The notes below the pieces were generated by a model. The model searched no databases and was not told the DNA's origin. It saw only the letters and a program-made list of their open reading frames with translations. DNA of 53,267 nt, filler included, from Spirochaetales bacterium (GTDB lineage: Bacteria > Spirochaetota > Spirochaetia > Treponematales > UBA12059), in the NCBI GenBank assembly GCA_016928955.1. It is 3 parts of 3 records of this genome, joined end to end, with 100 filler letters (N's around TTAATTAATTAA, not from the genome) between each part and the next. Parts side by side here need not be neighbours in the genome. Positions count along the whole stretch, not along the records: positions 21,498 to 39,582 come from JAFGJV010000032.1; positions 39,683 to 53,267 come from JAFGJV010000039.1; 1 more part is not named here. One strand, 5' to 3'. This document shows positions 34,026 through 44,191 of this stretch, one piece after another. The stretch's first letter is position 1, and every line of letters begins with the position of its first letter. Both the position numbers and the translations under genes were made by a program.

Positions 34026-36020
34026 ATGACCCCAAGCACGCCAGCGAGAAACCCGAAACCGTCAGTCGCTCCCGCGACAGCTGTGCGCGGCCAGGTCAAG
34101 ATACCGGCGCGCCAGGCCTTGTCCATGGCCAGCGGCTACGCCCGCTCGCGCCTGGGCTCCCAGGCCAAGGCCGTGGCCTTTATCGTGGTGTACCTGCTGG
34201 CCGTCCAGCTTTTCCTGTTCAAGGCGCCCATCCTGAACGCTCTGGGCGTGGCCGGTGGCATAGCAGCCACCGTGGCCGGCCTGGCCTTTTTCCTGGAAGG
34301 CCTCCTCCTGGCCATCATGCCCCTGGGCGAGCGCTGCGGCCTCAGGCTGCCGGCCAAGGCCGGCCCCCTGGCCATAGCGCTGTTCGCTCTGGTGATAGGC
34401 GTTACCGCCACCTTTGCCGAGCCGGCCATAGCCGTGCTGAAGGCGCAGGGCGGCGGCCTTCAGCCCTGGGACAGTCCGCTCCTGTACTATCTCCTGGGAC
34501 CGGGCTCCGGTACCCTGGTGTGGGCCGTTGCCACGGGCGTGGGCCTGGCCGTGGTGCTGGGCGTGTTCCGTTTCATGTACGGCTGGTCGTTCAAACCCTT
34601 TGTGCTGGTGTTGATACCGCCCCTGGTGGCGGCCAGCTTCTTTTTTGAGAACGAACCCGGCCTCCGGGGTATCCTGGGTCTGGCCTGGGACACGGGAGGC
34701 GTAACCACGGGCCCGGTGACCGTGCCCATGGTCATAGCCCTGGGCACGGGCGTTGCCCGCCTCCGGGGCGCCGGTTCTGGCGGCGCCAGCGGCTTGGGCG
34801 TGGTGACCCTGGCCTCCGCCCTGCCCGTGGCCGCCGTCATGGCCGTGGCCGCTGTCTTGGCTCCCGCCTTTCCGCAGCCAGGTAACGCGGCCGAGTTTTT
34901 TGGGCCTGACGCCCGCGTGGCCGCTGAGCGCGCCGTGGGCGGAGCCGGAGCCTTGAAGGAGGCGGCCGTCCGCGCCCTCGAGGCCGGCGTGCTCAGTCCT
35001 GACCTGGCAGCCCAGGCCTTTCCCGAAGGGCTAAAGGCCGGAGCTGTGGGAAACAGGGCCTCAGGCGGCGGCGCCTTGGCTGCCGGGGCTTGGGCTGCAG
35101 TGAAGGCGGTGGTACCACTGGCCCTGGTCCTGGTCGTCACCCTGGTCGTCCTGCTCAGGGAGCGCCTGCGCGGCGCAGACGAGATAGCCCTGGGCCTGGT
35201 CTTTGCCGTGCTGGGCCTGTTCCTCTTTAACCTGGGCATGGAACACGGCCTGTCCGCCCTGGGCGCCCAGTCGGGTTCGGCCCTGCCCCGCGCCTACCAG
35301 GAAACATCCAGGGAAGACCGGGCCGTGACCGTACGCGGGGTGGATGCCGACGATATCTTTTCGGCCGCCGGAGCGGACGGCCCCCGGGAATTCGTCTGGA
35401 TTACCGACGGCAAGACCGCCCAGGCCGTGCCCCTGGACCGGAGCAGGCTGGATCCTGACGCCGGCGTGTACCGGCACGTGCCCGTGGAGAGCGCCGTGTT
35501 CGCAGCCCTGGGGCGCTGGGCCGGGCTGGCGGCCGTTTTGGCCTTTGCCTTTGCCCTGGGTTTTGGGGCCACGCTTGCCGAGCCGTCCTTGGCGGCCCTG
35601 GGCCTGACCGTGGAGGAACTGACCACGGGCACATACCGGCGCTCGTCCCTGGTGCGCACGGTGGCCGTGGGCGTGGGCCTGGGCATGGCAGCCGGCTTTG
35701 CCCGCATTCTTTTTGACCTGCCCCTGAGCGCCGTCCTGGCCGTGCCCTACGCGCTTGCCCTGGTCCTGACGTTGCTGTCGTCGGAGGATTTCTCCGCCAT
35801 AGCCTGGGACTCGGCCGGGGTGACCACGGGACCGGTTACCGTTCCCCTGGTCATAGCCACAGGCCTGGGGCTGGGCTCCAACCCGGCCGCGTCGTTCGGC
35901 GTGCTGGCGGCTGCCAGCGCCTTTCCCGTGGTGGCCGTGCTGGCGTCCGGAATCCTCAGCGAGGCCAGGGCCAGGCGTTCCCTGGGCATGGACACCCTGG
36001 CCGGAGGGCTGGCGCGATGA
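34026..36020 (+). CDS. Tandem DUF1538 membrane protein (two domains fused)
   Basis: Two copies of AEP(A/S) and AWD..GVTTGPVTVP; many TM segments. Confidence 0.88.
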   Translation: MTPSTPARNPKPSVAPATAVRGQVKIPARQALSMASGYARSRLGSQAKAVAFIVVYLLAVQLFLFKAPILNALGVAGGIAATVAGLAFFLEGLLLAIMPLGERCGLRLPAKAGPLAIALFALVIGVTATFAEPAIAVLKAQGGGLQPWDSPLLYYLLGPGSGTLVWAVATGVGLAVVLGVFRFMYGWSFKPFVLVLIPPLVAASFFFENEPGLRGILGLAWDTGGVTTGPVTVPMVIALGTGVARLRGAGSGGASGLGVVTLASALPVAAVMAVAAVLAPAFPQPGNAAEFFGPDARVAAERAVGGAGALKEAAVRALEAGVLSPDLAAQAFPEGLKAGAVGNRASGGGALAAGAWAAVKAVVPLALVLVVTLVVLLRERLRGADEIALGLVFAVLGLFLFNLGMEHGLSALGAQSGSALPRAYQETSREDRAVTVRGVDADDIFSAAGADGPREFVWITDGKTAQAVPLDRSRLDPDAGVYRHVPVESAVFAALGRWAGLAAVLAFAFALGFGATLAEPSLAALGLTVEELTTGTYRRSSLVRTVAVGVGLGMAAGFARILFDLPLSAVLAVPYALALVLTLLSSEDFSAIAWDSAGVTTGPVTVPLVIATGLGLGSNPAASFGVLAAASAFPVVAVLASGILSEARARRSLGMDTLAGGLAR

Positions 36021-37132
36021 ACAGTTGGGACTACGCCCGGATAACCTGCATAGCCGACACCAACGTGGCCGCGGCCGTGGACGGCGTCCTCAGGGATCTG
36101 GCCCTGCCAGAAGTGCACGTACAGCGGGCCAAGCAGTTGTGCCTGGAAGAGCGCTCCGGACTGGCCGGCCTCAGGCCCCGGATTCAGGCCGCCGAGGACC
36201 GTGCCGACCTGTACCGGGCCCTGGTGCCGCGCGAGCGCGCTGACGGCGTCATGCGCCGCCTGTCCGACGCGGCCGACCTGTCCCTGCCCGGGCGCGGCTC
36301 GGTGTTCTCGGAGGACGTGGTCATCCGCCGGCCGGAACCCCTGGCCTTTGACGACGAACGCCTTTCCGAACTGGCCAGTGGCGCCAATGCCCGCTCGAGC
36401 GCCCATACCGCCCTCTGCTGCATCGTCCAGCGCGGCATGGCCGCGCCCCTGGCGGCCACGGTCCTGGACATGGGCCTGTGCGTGCCGGCCGTGTCGTACG
36501 GCGAGGGCATGGGCCTGCGGAACAAGCTCGGTCTCCTGCGCGTGACCATACCGGTGGAGAAGGAAGTCATGTACTGCCTGGTGCCTGCCCGCGACGCGGA
36601 CCTGGTGGAGGGCGTCCTGGTACACAAGGCGCGCCTGGACAGGCCGGGCCAGGGCTTTGTGTACCGCTACCCGGTGCGCGCCGCCGCGGTCAACCTCCGG
36701 GTCAGCCGCGGCCGCAGGCGCCACGCCGCCACCATGGAGCAGGTGATCGCCGCCATGGACGAGCTCCGCGGCTCCAGCGAGTGGCGGAGGCTGGCCCCCG
36801 CCCGGGCGGGCTCGGCGTCGGGCGGCAAGCAGCTGGGAGACCTGCGCTGCCTGTCCCTGGTGGCGGAAGAAGGAACCGTGGGCGACTTTGTGCGCGCGGC
36901 CATGGACGCGGGGGCCGGCGGGGCGACGCTTGTGCCCCTGGAGCGACGCTCGTACACGGAAGGAGCGTCCGACCGCTTTGGCCACGCCCGGGAAACCTGC
37001 GACCTCATCATACCGGCTACCCTGGTGGACGGCATCCTGGATACCGTGGCCGGGCGCGGCCTGTTTGGCCCCGAGGCACAGGGCTTTGCGGAGCTGTCGG
37101 CGGTGGAAAAAGCCGTTACCTACGAGGGCTGA
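36017..37132 (+). CDS. Protein of three tandem PII-like domains
   Basis: Three ~110-aa units ending in L..PG.G.V(F/Y)-like motifs; CIVQRG and AAMDAGAGGAT; coupled to the DUF1538 gene. Confidence 0.75.
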   Translation: MNSWDYARITCIADTNVAAAVDGVLRDLALPEVHVQRAKQLCLEERSGLAGLRPRIQAAEDRADLYRALVPRERADGVMRRLSDAADLSLPGRGSVFSEDVVIRRPEPLAFDDERLSELASGANARSSAHTALCCIVQRGMAAPLAATVLDMGLCVPAVSYGEGMGLRNKLGLLRVTIPVEKEVMYCLVPARDADLVEGVLVHKARLDRPGQGFVYRYPVRAAAVNLRVSRGRRRHAATMEQVIAAMDELRGSSEWRRLAPARAGSASGGKQLGDLRCLSLVAEEGTVGDFVRAAMDAGAGGATLVPLERRSYTEGASDRFGHARETCDLIIPATLVDGILDTVAGRGLFGPEAQGFAELSAVEKAVTYEG

Positions 37133-37210
37133 GCCGCCCTCCGCCAGTGTGCCGAAGCTTTGATGTCGGCCGCACCACCCAACCACGCAGGTCTTGGATG
37201 TTTACAGAGC

Positions 37211-39151
37211 TCATTTTGGGGGCTTCCCGCCCGACACAGCCTGCCGGTACCCGCGCACCATGGCGTCCAGAGGCACCGTCCTGCCCTTGAGCGGGCCGCG
37301 CTCGAGCGGCGGGTCGCCGGCAAGTCTGCGGTTGTACGCCCAGGCGCCGGTTCCTGGCGCGCCGCGTCCGGCCGTGTGGGCGTTGGTAAAGGCAAAGCGC
37401 GCCTCCTGGACGCGTCGGCCTAATTCCATCCATTCGTCCGGGCTGCGGTCCTCTCCGGTGGCCGCGTTCAGCATGTCGAATACGCGCCAGTGCTGGAGCC
37501 CCGTGGTCAGGGCAAAGAGGCAGCCGCCGGCGGCGTCCAGCACCTGCTTGAACAGGGCCATGGCGGCTGATTTCAAGGCTTCTTCGTCGTTTGCCTGGTA
37601 CTCAGACGCCTTGGCATAGGGCCGGGTCACCGGCGGCGCCCAGCTCACGAAATCCCACAGGTGCGACACGCCGTAGTACACGGACGCCCCGATGGTGTGG
37701 CGGCCTGGGGTTGGGTCGCCGACAAAGGACACGCCCATCATGGGATCCATGCGGCTGTCGTGCATGCCGGGCTCCTGGCCGCCCGCGTGGACTGCGTAGG
37801 CATCGGCGCCCTTGCCCAGCCGCTCGGCGGCCTTGGCCACGCCGTCGGCCAGTATGTCGCCCAGGCCTTCCCGGGCTACCATCAATTTGAGCAGGGCGAC
37901 GATGGCGTCCGTGTTGCCCCAGCTCAGCTCGAGTCCGCCCGCCATGTCCTTGGTGATGATGCCGTGCTCGTAGCACTCAAGGGCAAAGGCCACCGTGGAA
38001 CCGGCCGATATGGTGTCCAGGCCGGAGCGGTTGCACAGGTCGTTGCAGAGGAAGATGGTGTCCAGGTCGTCGTTCAGGCAGAGGGGCCCAAAGGCGCAGC
38101 AGGTTTCGTACTCGGGCTTGTGCATGTGCTGTCCGGCGGCGCCCGTGCCTGAAGCGTCGCATACGCCCCCGCACCCTATCACGCAGCTGTAGCAGTTATA
38201 TTTTTTGCTTTCCCGTGCGACGATGCGGTCCGGGTTCAGTTTGCGGTAACGGGCCGGCCCAAAATCCTTGACCGAGCCGCCCCAGTTGCGCACCGGCGAG
38301 TCTCCGTTGGGCATGCCGGCCAGGTTGTTGTATATGGTGCCCCAGCGCTTGAACATGCCGGCGGCCAGGATGCCGTCCATGGGGAAGACCGTCTTCATGC
38401 CCAGGAAGCGGCCCATGATGGGGAGGACGCCTCCGGACAGGAAACCGGGCAGCTTCATCCGAGCTATCTTGGTAGCGTATGCCTTGGACAGGGCTTTGAC
38501 CCGCTCCGGGTCGGCGCAGGGGATTTTAGCGGTGCCGGATAAAACAACGGCTTTGAGACGCTTGGAGCCCATCACCGCGCCCACGCCCGAACGCGCCGCG
38601 TACCTGCCGCCGTCGTTGGATATGCCTGAAATCAGTGACAGGCGCTCGGCCGCCTGGCCTATGGTAGCAACGGCTGGTTTGCGTCCGCCCTTGGCAGCCT
38701 CCATGATGCGCTCTTCAGTCTCCACTGCGTCCAGGCCCCAGAGGCCGGACGCGTCCTCAAGCCTGGGCCCCCGCTCGTCGGCCACAAAGGTTACCGGCTT
38801 GGGCGACACGCCCGAGAACAGGATGCCGTCCCAGCCGCAGCGCTTGATGGCCGGCGACAGGGTGCCGCCGCAGTTCGCGTCGCCCCAGCCCCCGGTCAGC
38901 GGTGACTTGGCGCACACCGTCCAGCGTCCGGTCATCACTGCGCCGGTACCCGTGAGACGCCCCGGCATGAAGGCCAATACGTTGTCCGGGCCCAGGGCGT
39001 CTGCCCCGACGGGTATCATGTCTGACAGGAGCTTGACGGCCAGGGCAGCGCCTCCGACCCAGTCGCTGTACAGCGTTTCGTCCAGGACCCGTTCAGCCAT
39101 CGTGCCTTTGCCCAGGTCCACGACCAGGATCTTGCCCATACGTCCGCTCAT
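37211..39151 (-). CDS. Aldehyde:ferredoxin oxidoreductase family (W/Mo-pterin)
   Basis: KSPLTG, GRYAARSGVGAVMGSKRLKA, C..C.I.C, PEYET, GLDTIS; AAGGAG RBS. Confidence 0.93.
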   Translation of the reverse strand: MSGRMGKILVVDLGKGTMAERVLDETLYSDWVGGAALAVKLLSDMIPVGADALGPDNVLAFMPGRLTGTGAVMTGRWTVCAKSPLTGGWGDANCGGTLSPAIKRCGWDGILFSGVSPKPVTFVADERGPRLEDASGLWGLDAVETEERIMEAAKGGRKPAVATIGQAAERLSLISGISNDGGRYAARSGVGAVMGSKRLKAVVLSGTAKIPCADPERVKALSKAYATKIARMKLPGFLSGGVLPIMGRFLGMKTVFPMDGILAAGMFKRWGTIYNNLAGMPNGDSPVRNWGGSVKDFGPARYRKLNPDRIVARESKKYNCYSCVIGCGGVCDASGTGAAGQHMHKPEYETCCAFGPLCLNDDLDTIFLCNDLCNRSGLDTISAGSTVAFALECYEHGIITKDMAGGLELSWGNTDAIVALLKLMVAREGLGDILADGVAKAAERLGKGADAYAVHAGGQEPGMHDSRMDPMMGVSFVGDPTPGRHTIGASVYYGVSHLWDFVSWAPPVTRPYAKASEYQANDEEALKSAAMALFKQVLDAAGGCLFALTTGLQHWRVFDMLNAATGEDRSPDEWMELGRRVQEARFAFTNAHTAGRGAPGTGAWAYNRRLAGDPPLERGPLKGRTVPLDAMVRGYRQAVSGGKPPK

Positions 39152-39162
39152 GCCGCGCTCCT

Positions 39163-39396
39163 TTACCCGCCGGAAAACAACGAAAAAAACGACACCACGT
39201 CCCCGTCCGCAAGCGGATCCGCCAGCGACGCCGGCCGGTGGTTCAGCATGCACAGGCGCGCCACGCCCCTCCGGAACGGCAGCCTGAGCCTGCGCAGGAG
39301 GGTGTCCAGGGTGGCACCGTCCGGGAGCTCCACCATGCCGCGCTCGTCCTGTACCGTCCTGTCCGCCAGCGGCGGCAGATACACACGTACCCGCAT
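39163..39396 (-). CDS. MoaD/ThiS-family sulfur carrier
   Basis: 77 aa; L.DGD.V and C-terminal GG; directly upstream of AOR. Confidence 0.88.
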   Translation of the reverse strand: MRVRVYLPPLADRTVQDERGMVELPDGATLDTLLRRLRLPFRRGVARLCMLNHRPASLADPLADGDVVSFFSLFSGG

Positions 39397-39453
39397 GCGT
39401 CCCCCGTGTCCACATACTAACACGCGGCCCCGTCCGCGCGCAAACGCGCCCTC

Positions 39454-39483
39454 TTGACCAACTCCTGCCATCCGCGCTATAAC
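39454..39483 (+). promoter_or_regulatory. Putative tRNA promoter
   Basis: TTGACC, 18 bp, TATAAC, ending 13 bp before the tRNA. Confidence 0.65.
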
Positions 39484-39496
39484 CTGTCCTGCACCC

Positions 39497-39578
39497 GCCC
39501 AGATGGTGGAATTGGCAGACACGCTAGTTTCAGGTACTAGTGCCGAGAGGCATGGGGGTTCAAGTCCCCCTCTGGGCA
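39497..39578 (+). tRNA. tRNA-Leu(CAG)
   Basis: Acceptor GCCCAGA/TCTGGGC-A; anticodon arm CTAGT-TTCAGGT-ACTAG; long variable arm TGCC-GAGA-GGCA; T arm GGGGG-TTCAAGT-CCCCC. CCA not encoded. Confidence 0.96.
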
Positions 39579-39582
39579 GAAA

Positions 39583-39682
39583 NNNNNNNNNNNNNNNNNN
39601 NNNNNNNNNNNNNNNNNNNNNNNNNNTTAATTAATTAANNNNNNNNNNNNNNNNNNNNNNNNNNNNNNNNNNNNNNNNNNNN
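39583..39682. other. Artificial contig spacer
   Basis: 100 nt of N with a central TTAATTAATTAA. Confidence 0.98.
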
Positions 39683-41032
39683 CACCGCGACCCGGAACCC
39701 GGACACGGGGCCGTCCAGGGGAAATTCACCCAGGCTTGGCACAAGCCTGGCCAGCGTCGGGTCCGCGCGGATGACGTTCAGGTAGGCAAGCGCCTGGTCA
39801 TCCGGCAGGAAGGCCGGCCGGTACATAAGGTCGCGGTCCTGGCCCTTGACCGGAGGCCGCCCCTTGGCAAGGGGATACTCCCTGAGTTCGAGTTCGGGTC
39901 CCCGGTAGAATTCCAGGATGTCCGCCTTGAGCTTCTGGACGTCCATGCCCCTGAGCTTTTGGGCGGCCAGGGCGGCGCTGACGTTGGCCAGGTCCAGGGG
40001 CTTGCCCTGCCCGCGGCCTTTTACCAGGGTCAGGGTGGCCGTCAGTTTGTCGTCGGCCACGGCCACCTGGATATCCGCGTCCCGGTCGCAGGACAGGCTG
40101 AAACGCCTGAGCGCCGTACCGCTGAGTACCGAGCGCTTCAGGGCGGCGGCAACCTCGTTTGGGGGAACCAGGTGGTCCATGTCGGCGCCCTGGACCTGTG
40201 CCTGGTCCAGCACCGCATCGGCTGAAGGAACCGGGAGGCGCTTGTCGCCCGGCGTAAAATCCAGGAAGAAGGTCGCGCCGTCCTGGCTTTTTTCCAGGAC
40301 CCACTGGTGCGACGAAAACGGCACCAGGTCCGCCCAGCGGGCGCCCACGCGCACCCAGCCGGCGCCTGTGGTGCGCAACTCGCCTTTGACCTTGACCAGG
40401 CCGGAGCCCACGTAGAACGCGGAGTCGCTGTTCACAACGGGAGGGACCGGCTTGCCCTGGACGCTCTTGCCCGGCTTGCCCGGCCGGGGCGGATAGAGTT
40501 TGGCCACCGCCGTGTCGGCGGGCGCCCAGAACGACCTCTGGACCTTGCGGTCCACGTCCATAGGCTCGCGCACCTCGACCTTTTCGGCCTCGGACACGGT
40601 TTCCTCTCGGCTCCCGATGAAGGGCAGGAGCCCGCGTTTCTTGACGACGCGCGTGCGTTCCACCGTTTCCACGCGGACGCGGTATAGATCGGGCGGAGGC
40701 GCCGCCGACAGGCAGGCTGCCTGCAAGGGAACAAAATCGGGGGGCGTGGCCACATCCAGCCACTCGGCTTCCTCGGCCTGGGGCGAGCTTGGGGGATGCC
40801 CGAGCGCCACCACCACGGACAAGGGCCCGGCAGAGGCCGCGAATTTGGCCAGGGCGTCGTTCAGGGTTCGGGTGGACACGCCGTTGACACGGGCGTCCGA
40901 CAACACGCGCGACAGGCCCTCTACGCTCCAGTCGGCGCCGTTTGCCTTGTCCGGGGTGAACTGGAGCGACGCCTCCAGGCCAAGCTCGTCCACATTGAGC
41001 CGCACGTCGCCACGGACGGTCTGCAGAGCCAT
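39683..41032 (-). CDS. FapA/DUF342-family protein, 3' end lost in the gap
   Basis: Repeated FapA-N-like units (VA.G.PP..., P.PG.PG.SV.G, V.VA.DK.TA.L, AKGRPP.KGQD). Confidence 0.75.
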
Positions 41033-41041
41033 GGCGTCGCC

Positions 41042-42184
41042 CTATACCTTGAAGCCCTGCACCAGGGCTTTGGCCAGCTTGGACTTGATCAGCTGGTTCT
41101 CTTTCCTGAGCTGGCCTATCTCGTACTGCTGGATGCGCACGGTTTCTATCAGGTCGCCGGTGGTCAGGGCGCCGCTCTGCAGCAGTTCCTCCACCGAGTC
41201 CAGCTTGGACTCAAAATCCATCTCGGCCTCGGACGCCGCGGCCGCGTAGCTGTCGTCCAGGTACTCAGGGTCCAGGAAATCGTCGTCGTCGCTCTCCGTG
41301 GATACCAGCTTGTCCGCCACGCGGTATATGGCCTGGGACAGGACCGACTTGGGCTTGTAGCGTATGATGGGTATGCGGCTGGACAGGGCTATGTCCTGGA
41401 GCTCGTCCCGGTACAGCACGCCCAGGTGCTCAAGGTCTATGCCCAGGTATTCACGGCACGAGCGCCTGATTTTCTGGGCCTTGTCCGCGTCCTTTGGATC
41501 CTCAAGCATGTTCATGACCAGCCGCGGCCGGAACCGTGAGCACCGGAGGTCAAAGGCCGCTCGGCTGACCGGGTCGGCCTCCGCCACCCTGCCCAGGATT
41601 TCAGGCACGTAGGCGCGCTGCAGGGAGCCGCCGTCCTTCCGCAAGCCGTCCAGGATGGCCCGTGCCCGCGTCCGAGGCTTGAAGCTGTCCCACATCAGCC
41701 TGAACACGGCGTTTTTGAGAAAGAGGTAGGCGTTCAGCGTGGCCGTCAGCGTGGGAGCCGTTACCACGATGCCGCGGCCGGAGAGCAGGAAAAAGTCCAG
41801 GATATTGGAGCCGGAGCCGGCGCCCAGGTCCAGGACCAGGTACTCGGCGTCCAGGGACAGGAGCCGGCGGGCCAGCATGGCCTTCTGCTTTGCGTTCAGG
41901 TTGGCCAGGCCGGGAATTTCCGCGTCCCCGGCGATGAAACGGAGGTGTGAATAGTCGGTGTGATGGACCAGGTCCTCGAATTCGATCTTGGCGCCGGACA
42001 AAAAGGTGCCCACACCGTTTTTTGGCGACGACACGCCCAGGGCCAGGTGCAGGTTTGACGCGCCCAGGTCCAGGTCGGCCAGCACCACGTCCTTGCCCGC
42101 CTGGGCAAGGGCGATGGACACATTGGCGGCAAGCAGGGATTTGCCCACGCCGCCCTTGCCGCTGGCTATCGGGATGACATGCAT
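41042..42184 (-). CDS. MinD/FlhG-like P-loop ATPase with C-terminal acidic and coiled-coil extension
   Basis: ASGKGGVGKS, DLDLGASNL, DLGAG; upstream of FapA. Confidence 0.9.
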   Translation of the reverse strand: MHVIPIASGKGGVGKSLLAANVSIALAQAGKDVVLADLDLGASNLHLALGVSSPKNGVGTFLSGAKIEFEDLVHHTDYSHLRFIAGDAEIPGLANLNAKQKAMLARRLLSLDAEYLVLDLGAGSGSNILDFFLLSGRGIVVTAPTLTATLNAYLFLKNAVFRLMWDSFKPRTRARAILDGLRKDGGSLQRAYVPEILGRVAEADPVSRAAFDLRCSRFRPRLVMNMLEDPKDADKAQKIRRSCREYLGIDLEHLGVLYRDELQDIALSSRIPIIRYKPKSVLSQAIYRVADKLVSTESDDDDFLDPEYLDDSYAAAASEAEMDFESKLDSVEELLQSGALTTGDLIETVRIQQYEIGQLRKENQLIKSKLAKALVQGFKV

Positions 42185-42618
42185 CAGTCGGACTCCACGG
42201 TTTCTATGGATGCTTGGTGGGGAGCGTCCGCCCGAGCCCTTTCGTCGTCCTTGACCAGAAAGAACAGCATCAGGGCCGATGCCGCGTCCCAGGCCAGAAC
42301 CGCGCCCAGAGCCAGGAGGCCGGCTGCGGGCATGGACTGAGCCTGGCCGGACACAAGCACCAGACCGGCAACCACCAGCCCCGCGAACACGCTGACTGCC
42401 TTGCCCACCAGCACCAAGGGTCGGTACGCCGAATAACGCTCGTGGTCATAACCCAGGAAAAAGAAAGCCAGCACGAACATCAGGTTGGGCGCGGCCAGAA
42501 GCCGCACGACGGATGGCCTGTCCGCCAGGGCCAAAAGCAGGGAGGCCCCGTAGGTCAGGATGAAATACCGCCCCAGTTCCAGGGCGGCGCAGATGTAGCA
42601 CAATATCGCGCGCTTCAT
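42184..42618 (-). CDS. Hypothetical four-TM membrane protein
   Basis: Hydrophobic 144-aa ORF whose stop overlaps the next start. Confidence 0.75.
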   Translation of the reverse strand: MKRAILCYICAALELGRYFILTYGASLLLALADRPSVVRLLAAPNLMFVLAFFFLGYDHERYSAYRPLVLVGKAVSVFAGLVVAGLVLVSGQAQSMPAAGLLALGAVLAWDAASALMLFFLVKDDERARADAPHQASIETVESD

Positions 42619-42718
42619 AGTGTAGGGTCAGTGTACTCGCTCGCTTCCGGCGGCGTCAAGGAACGCCCGGCTGGCTCGATTGACAGAAATCGGGAAAAAG
42701 CGGGATAGTATTTGGATT

Positions 42719-44185
42719 ATGGAAGCTAACCGCACCAAACGCGCCCGGTTGACCTGGAGCGTGGCCGCAGTCGCGGCCGTCCTCTGCTCGGCCCTTACCT
42801 TCAGCGCTCCGGCAGCCTATGCCCAGGGCATGTCCCAGGATGACACCCAGCGCTACTTCTCCTGGTTCCAAAGCGCCTTCAATTTCATACTCCAGAACTA
42901 CGTGGACGAGGTGGACCCCAAGGTCCTGTACGAAGGCGCCATGCAGGGCATGTTCGACTCCCTGGGCGACCCGTACTCGTCCTTCCTGACGGAAGCCATG
43001 GTCAGCGACCTGAACGACACGACCATGGGCCAGTTCGGCGGCGTAGGCCTGTACATATCCAAACCCCTGCCCGACGCCAAGCGCCCCGACCTCAGGCTGT
43101 ACGTCGAGATCGTGTCGCCCATAGAGGACACCCCTGGCTGGCGGGCGGGCATCATGCCCGGCGACTACATCACCCACATAAACGGCGAGCCCACCGAGCC
43201 CCTGACCATGGACGACGTCCTTGCCAAACTCAGGGGCGAGCCGGGCACCGAGGTGACCATCACCATACTGCGGGGGGAATCGCTCAGCTTTGACGAGACC
43301 CTTACCCGGGCCATGATCGAGGTTCCCACCGTCAAGCGCGCCATGCTTCCCGGCGGCGCCGGCTACCTGCGCATCATCGAATTCACGCCGCAGACGGTCA
43401 TACGGGTGCGGGAAGCCCTGGATTACTTCAAGGCCAACGGCTACACCGGCCTGGTGGTGGACCTCCGCAACAATCCCGGCGGCCTCCTCCAGTCCGTGGT
43501 GCAGGTAGCCGACCTGTTCCTGGACAAGGGCGTCATCGTGTCCACCAAGTCCCGAAACAAATACGAAAACGCCGTGTATTCCGCCAAGCCTGACCTTTTG
43601 GTGCCGGTAGCCACGCCCGTGGTCGTCCTCATCAACAAGGGTTCGGCCAGCGCGTCGGAAATCCTGGCGGGCGCCCTCAAGGACAACAAGCGCGCCTACC
43701 TGGTGGGCGAGACCAGCTACGGCAAGGGTTCGGTTCAGCAGGTCCTGGAGCTTGGCTCCACGGGCTTCAAGCTGACCATGTCCCGCTACTACACGCCGAG
43801 CGACGCCAACATAGACAAGGTGGGCATAGCCCCGGACCTTGAGGTCAGGGAGCCCGAGCTGACCCCGGAAGAGGAAGCGTCGCTCACCGAGCTCCTGGAG
43901 AAGGACACCTTTGCCACCTTTGCCAAGACCAATCCCTCGGCCACGCCCACCCAGATAGACGCCTTTGTCCAGGGACTGCGCCGCTCCGGCTCGCCGGTCA
44001 GCGAGCGCGTGCTCAAGAAACTGGTGCGAAACCAGCTGGAGCGCACGTCCATAGCCCCGCCCTTCGACCTGGACTACGACCTTCAGCTGAAGGCGGCCAT
44101 GGACGTGCTGGCCAGCGGGCAGTACCTGACCCTCCTGGCCAGCGCCCTGTCCGTACATGACGTCCAGTCCACGCCGGGCAACTGA
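42719..44185 (+). CDS. S41-family C-terminal processing peptidase (CtpA-like, PDZ)
   Basis: Signal peptide; DPYS, GGVG, DLRNNPGG, SASASEI, GETSYGKGSVQ. Confidence 0.95.
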   Translation: MEANRTKRARLTWSVAAVAAVLCSALTFSAPAAYAQGMSQDDTQRYFSWFQSAFNFILQNYVDEVDPKVLYEGAMQGMFDSLGDPYSSFLTEAMVSDLNDTTMGQFGGVGLYISKPLPDAKRPDLRLYVEIVSPIEDTPGWRAGIMPGDYITHINGEPTEPLTMDDVLAKLRGEPGTEVTITILRGESLSFDETLTRAMIEVPTVKRAMLPGGAGYLRIIEFTPQTVIRVREALDYFKANGYTGLVVDLRNNPGGLLQSVVQVADLFLDKGVIVSTKSRNKYENAVYSAKPDLLVPVATPVVVLINKGSASASEILAGALKDNKRAYLVGETSYGKGSVQQVLELGSTGFKLTMSRYYTPSDANIDKVGIAPDLEVREPELTPEEEASLTELLEKDTFATFAKTNPSATPTQIDAFVQGLRRSGSPVSERVLKKLVRNQLERTSIAPPFDLDYDLQLKAAMDVLASGQYLTLLASALSVHDVQSTPGN

Positions 44186-44191
44186 GCGACC

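Noticed and set aside
39497..39578. tRNA-Sec (TCA seen in the anticodon loop)
   Set aside because: The 7-nt loop TT-CAG-GT centres on CAG, and the 7-bp acceptor stem and A discriminator fit tRNA-Leu.
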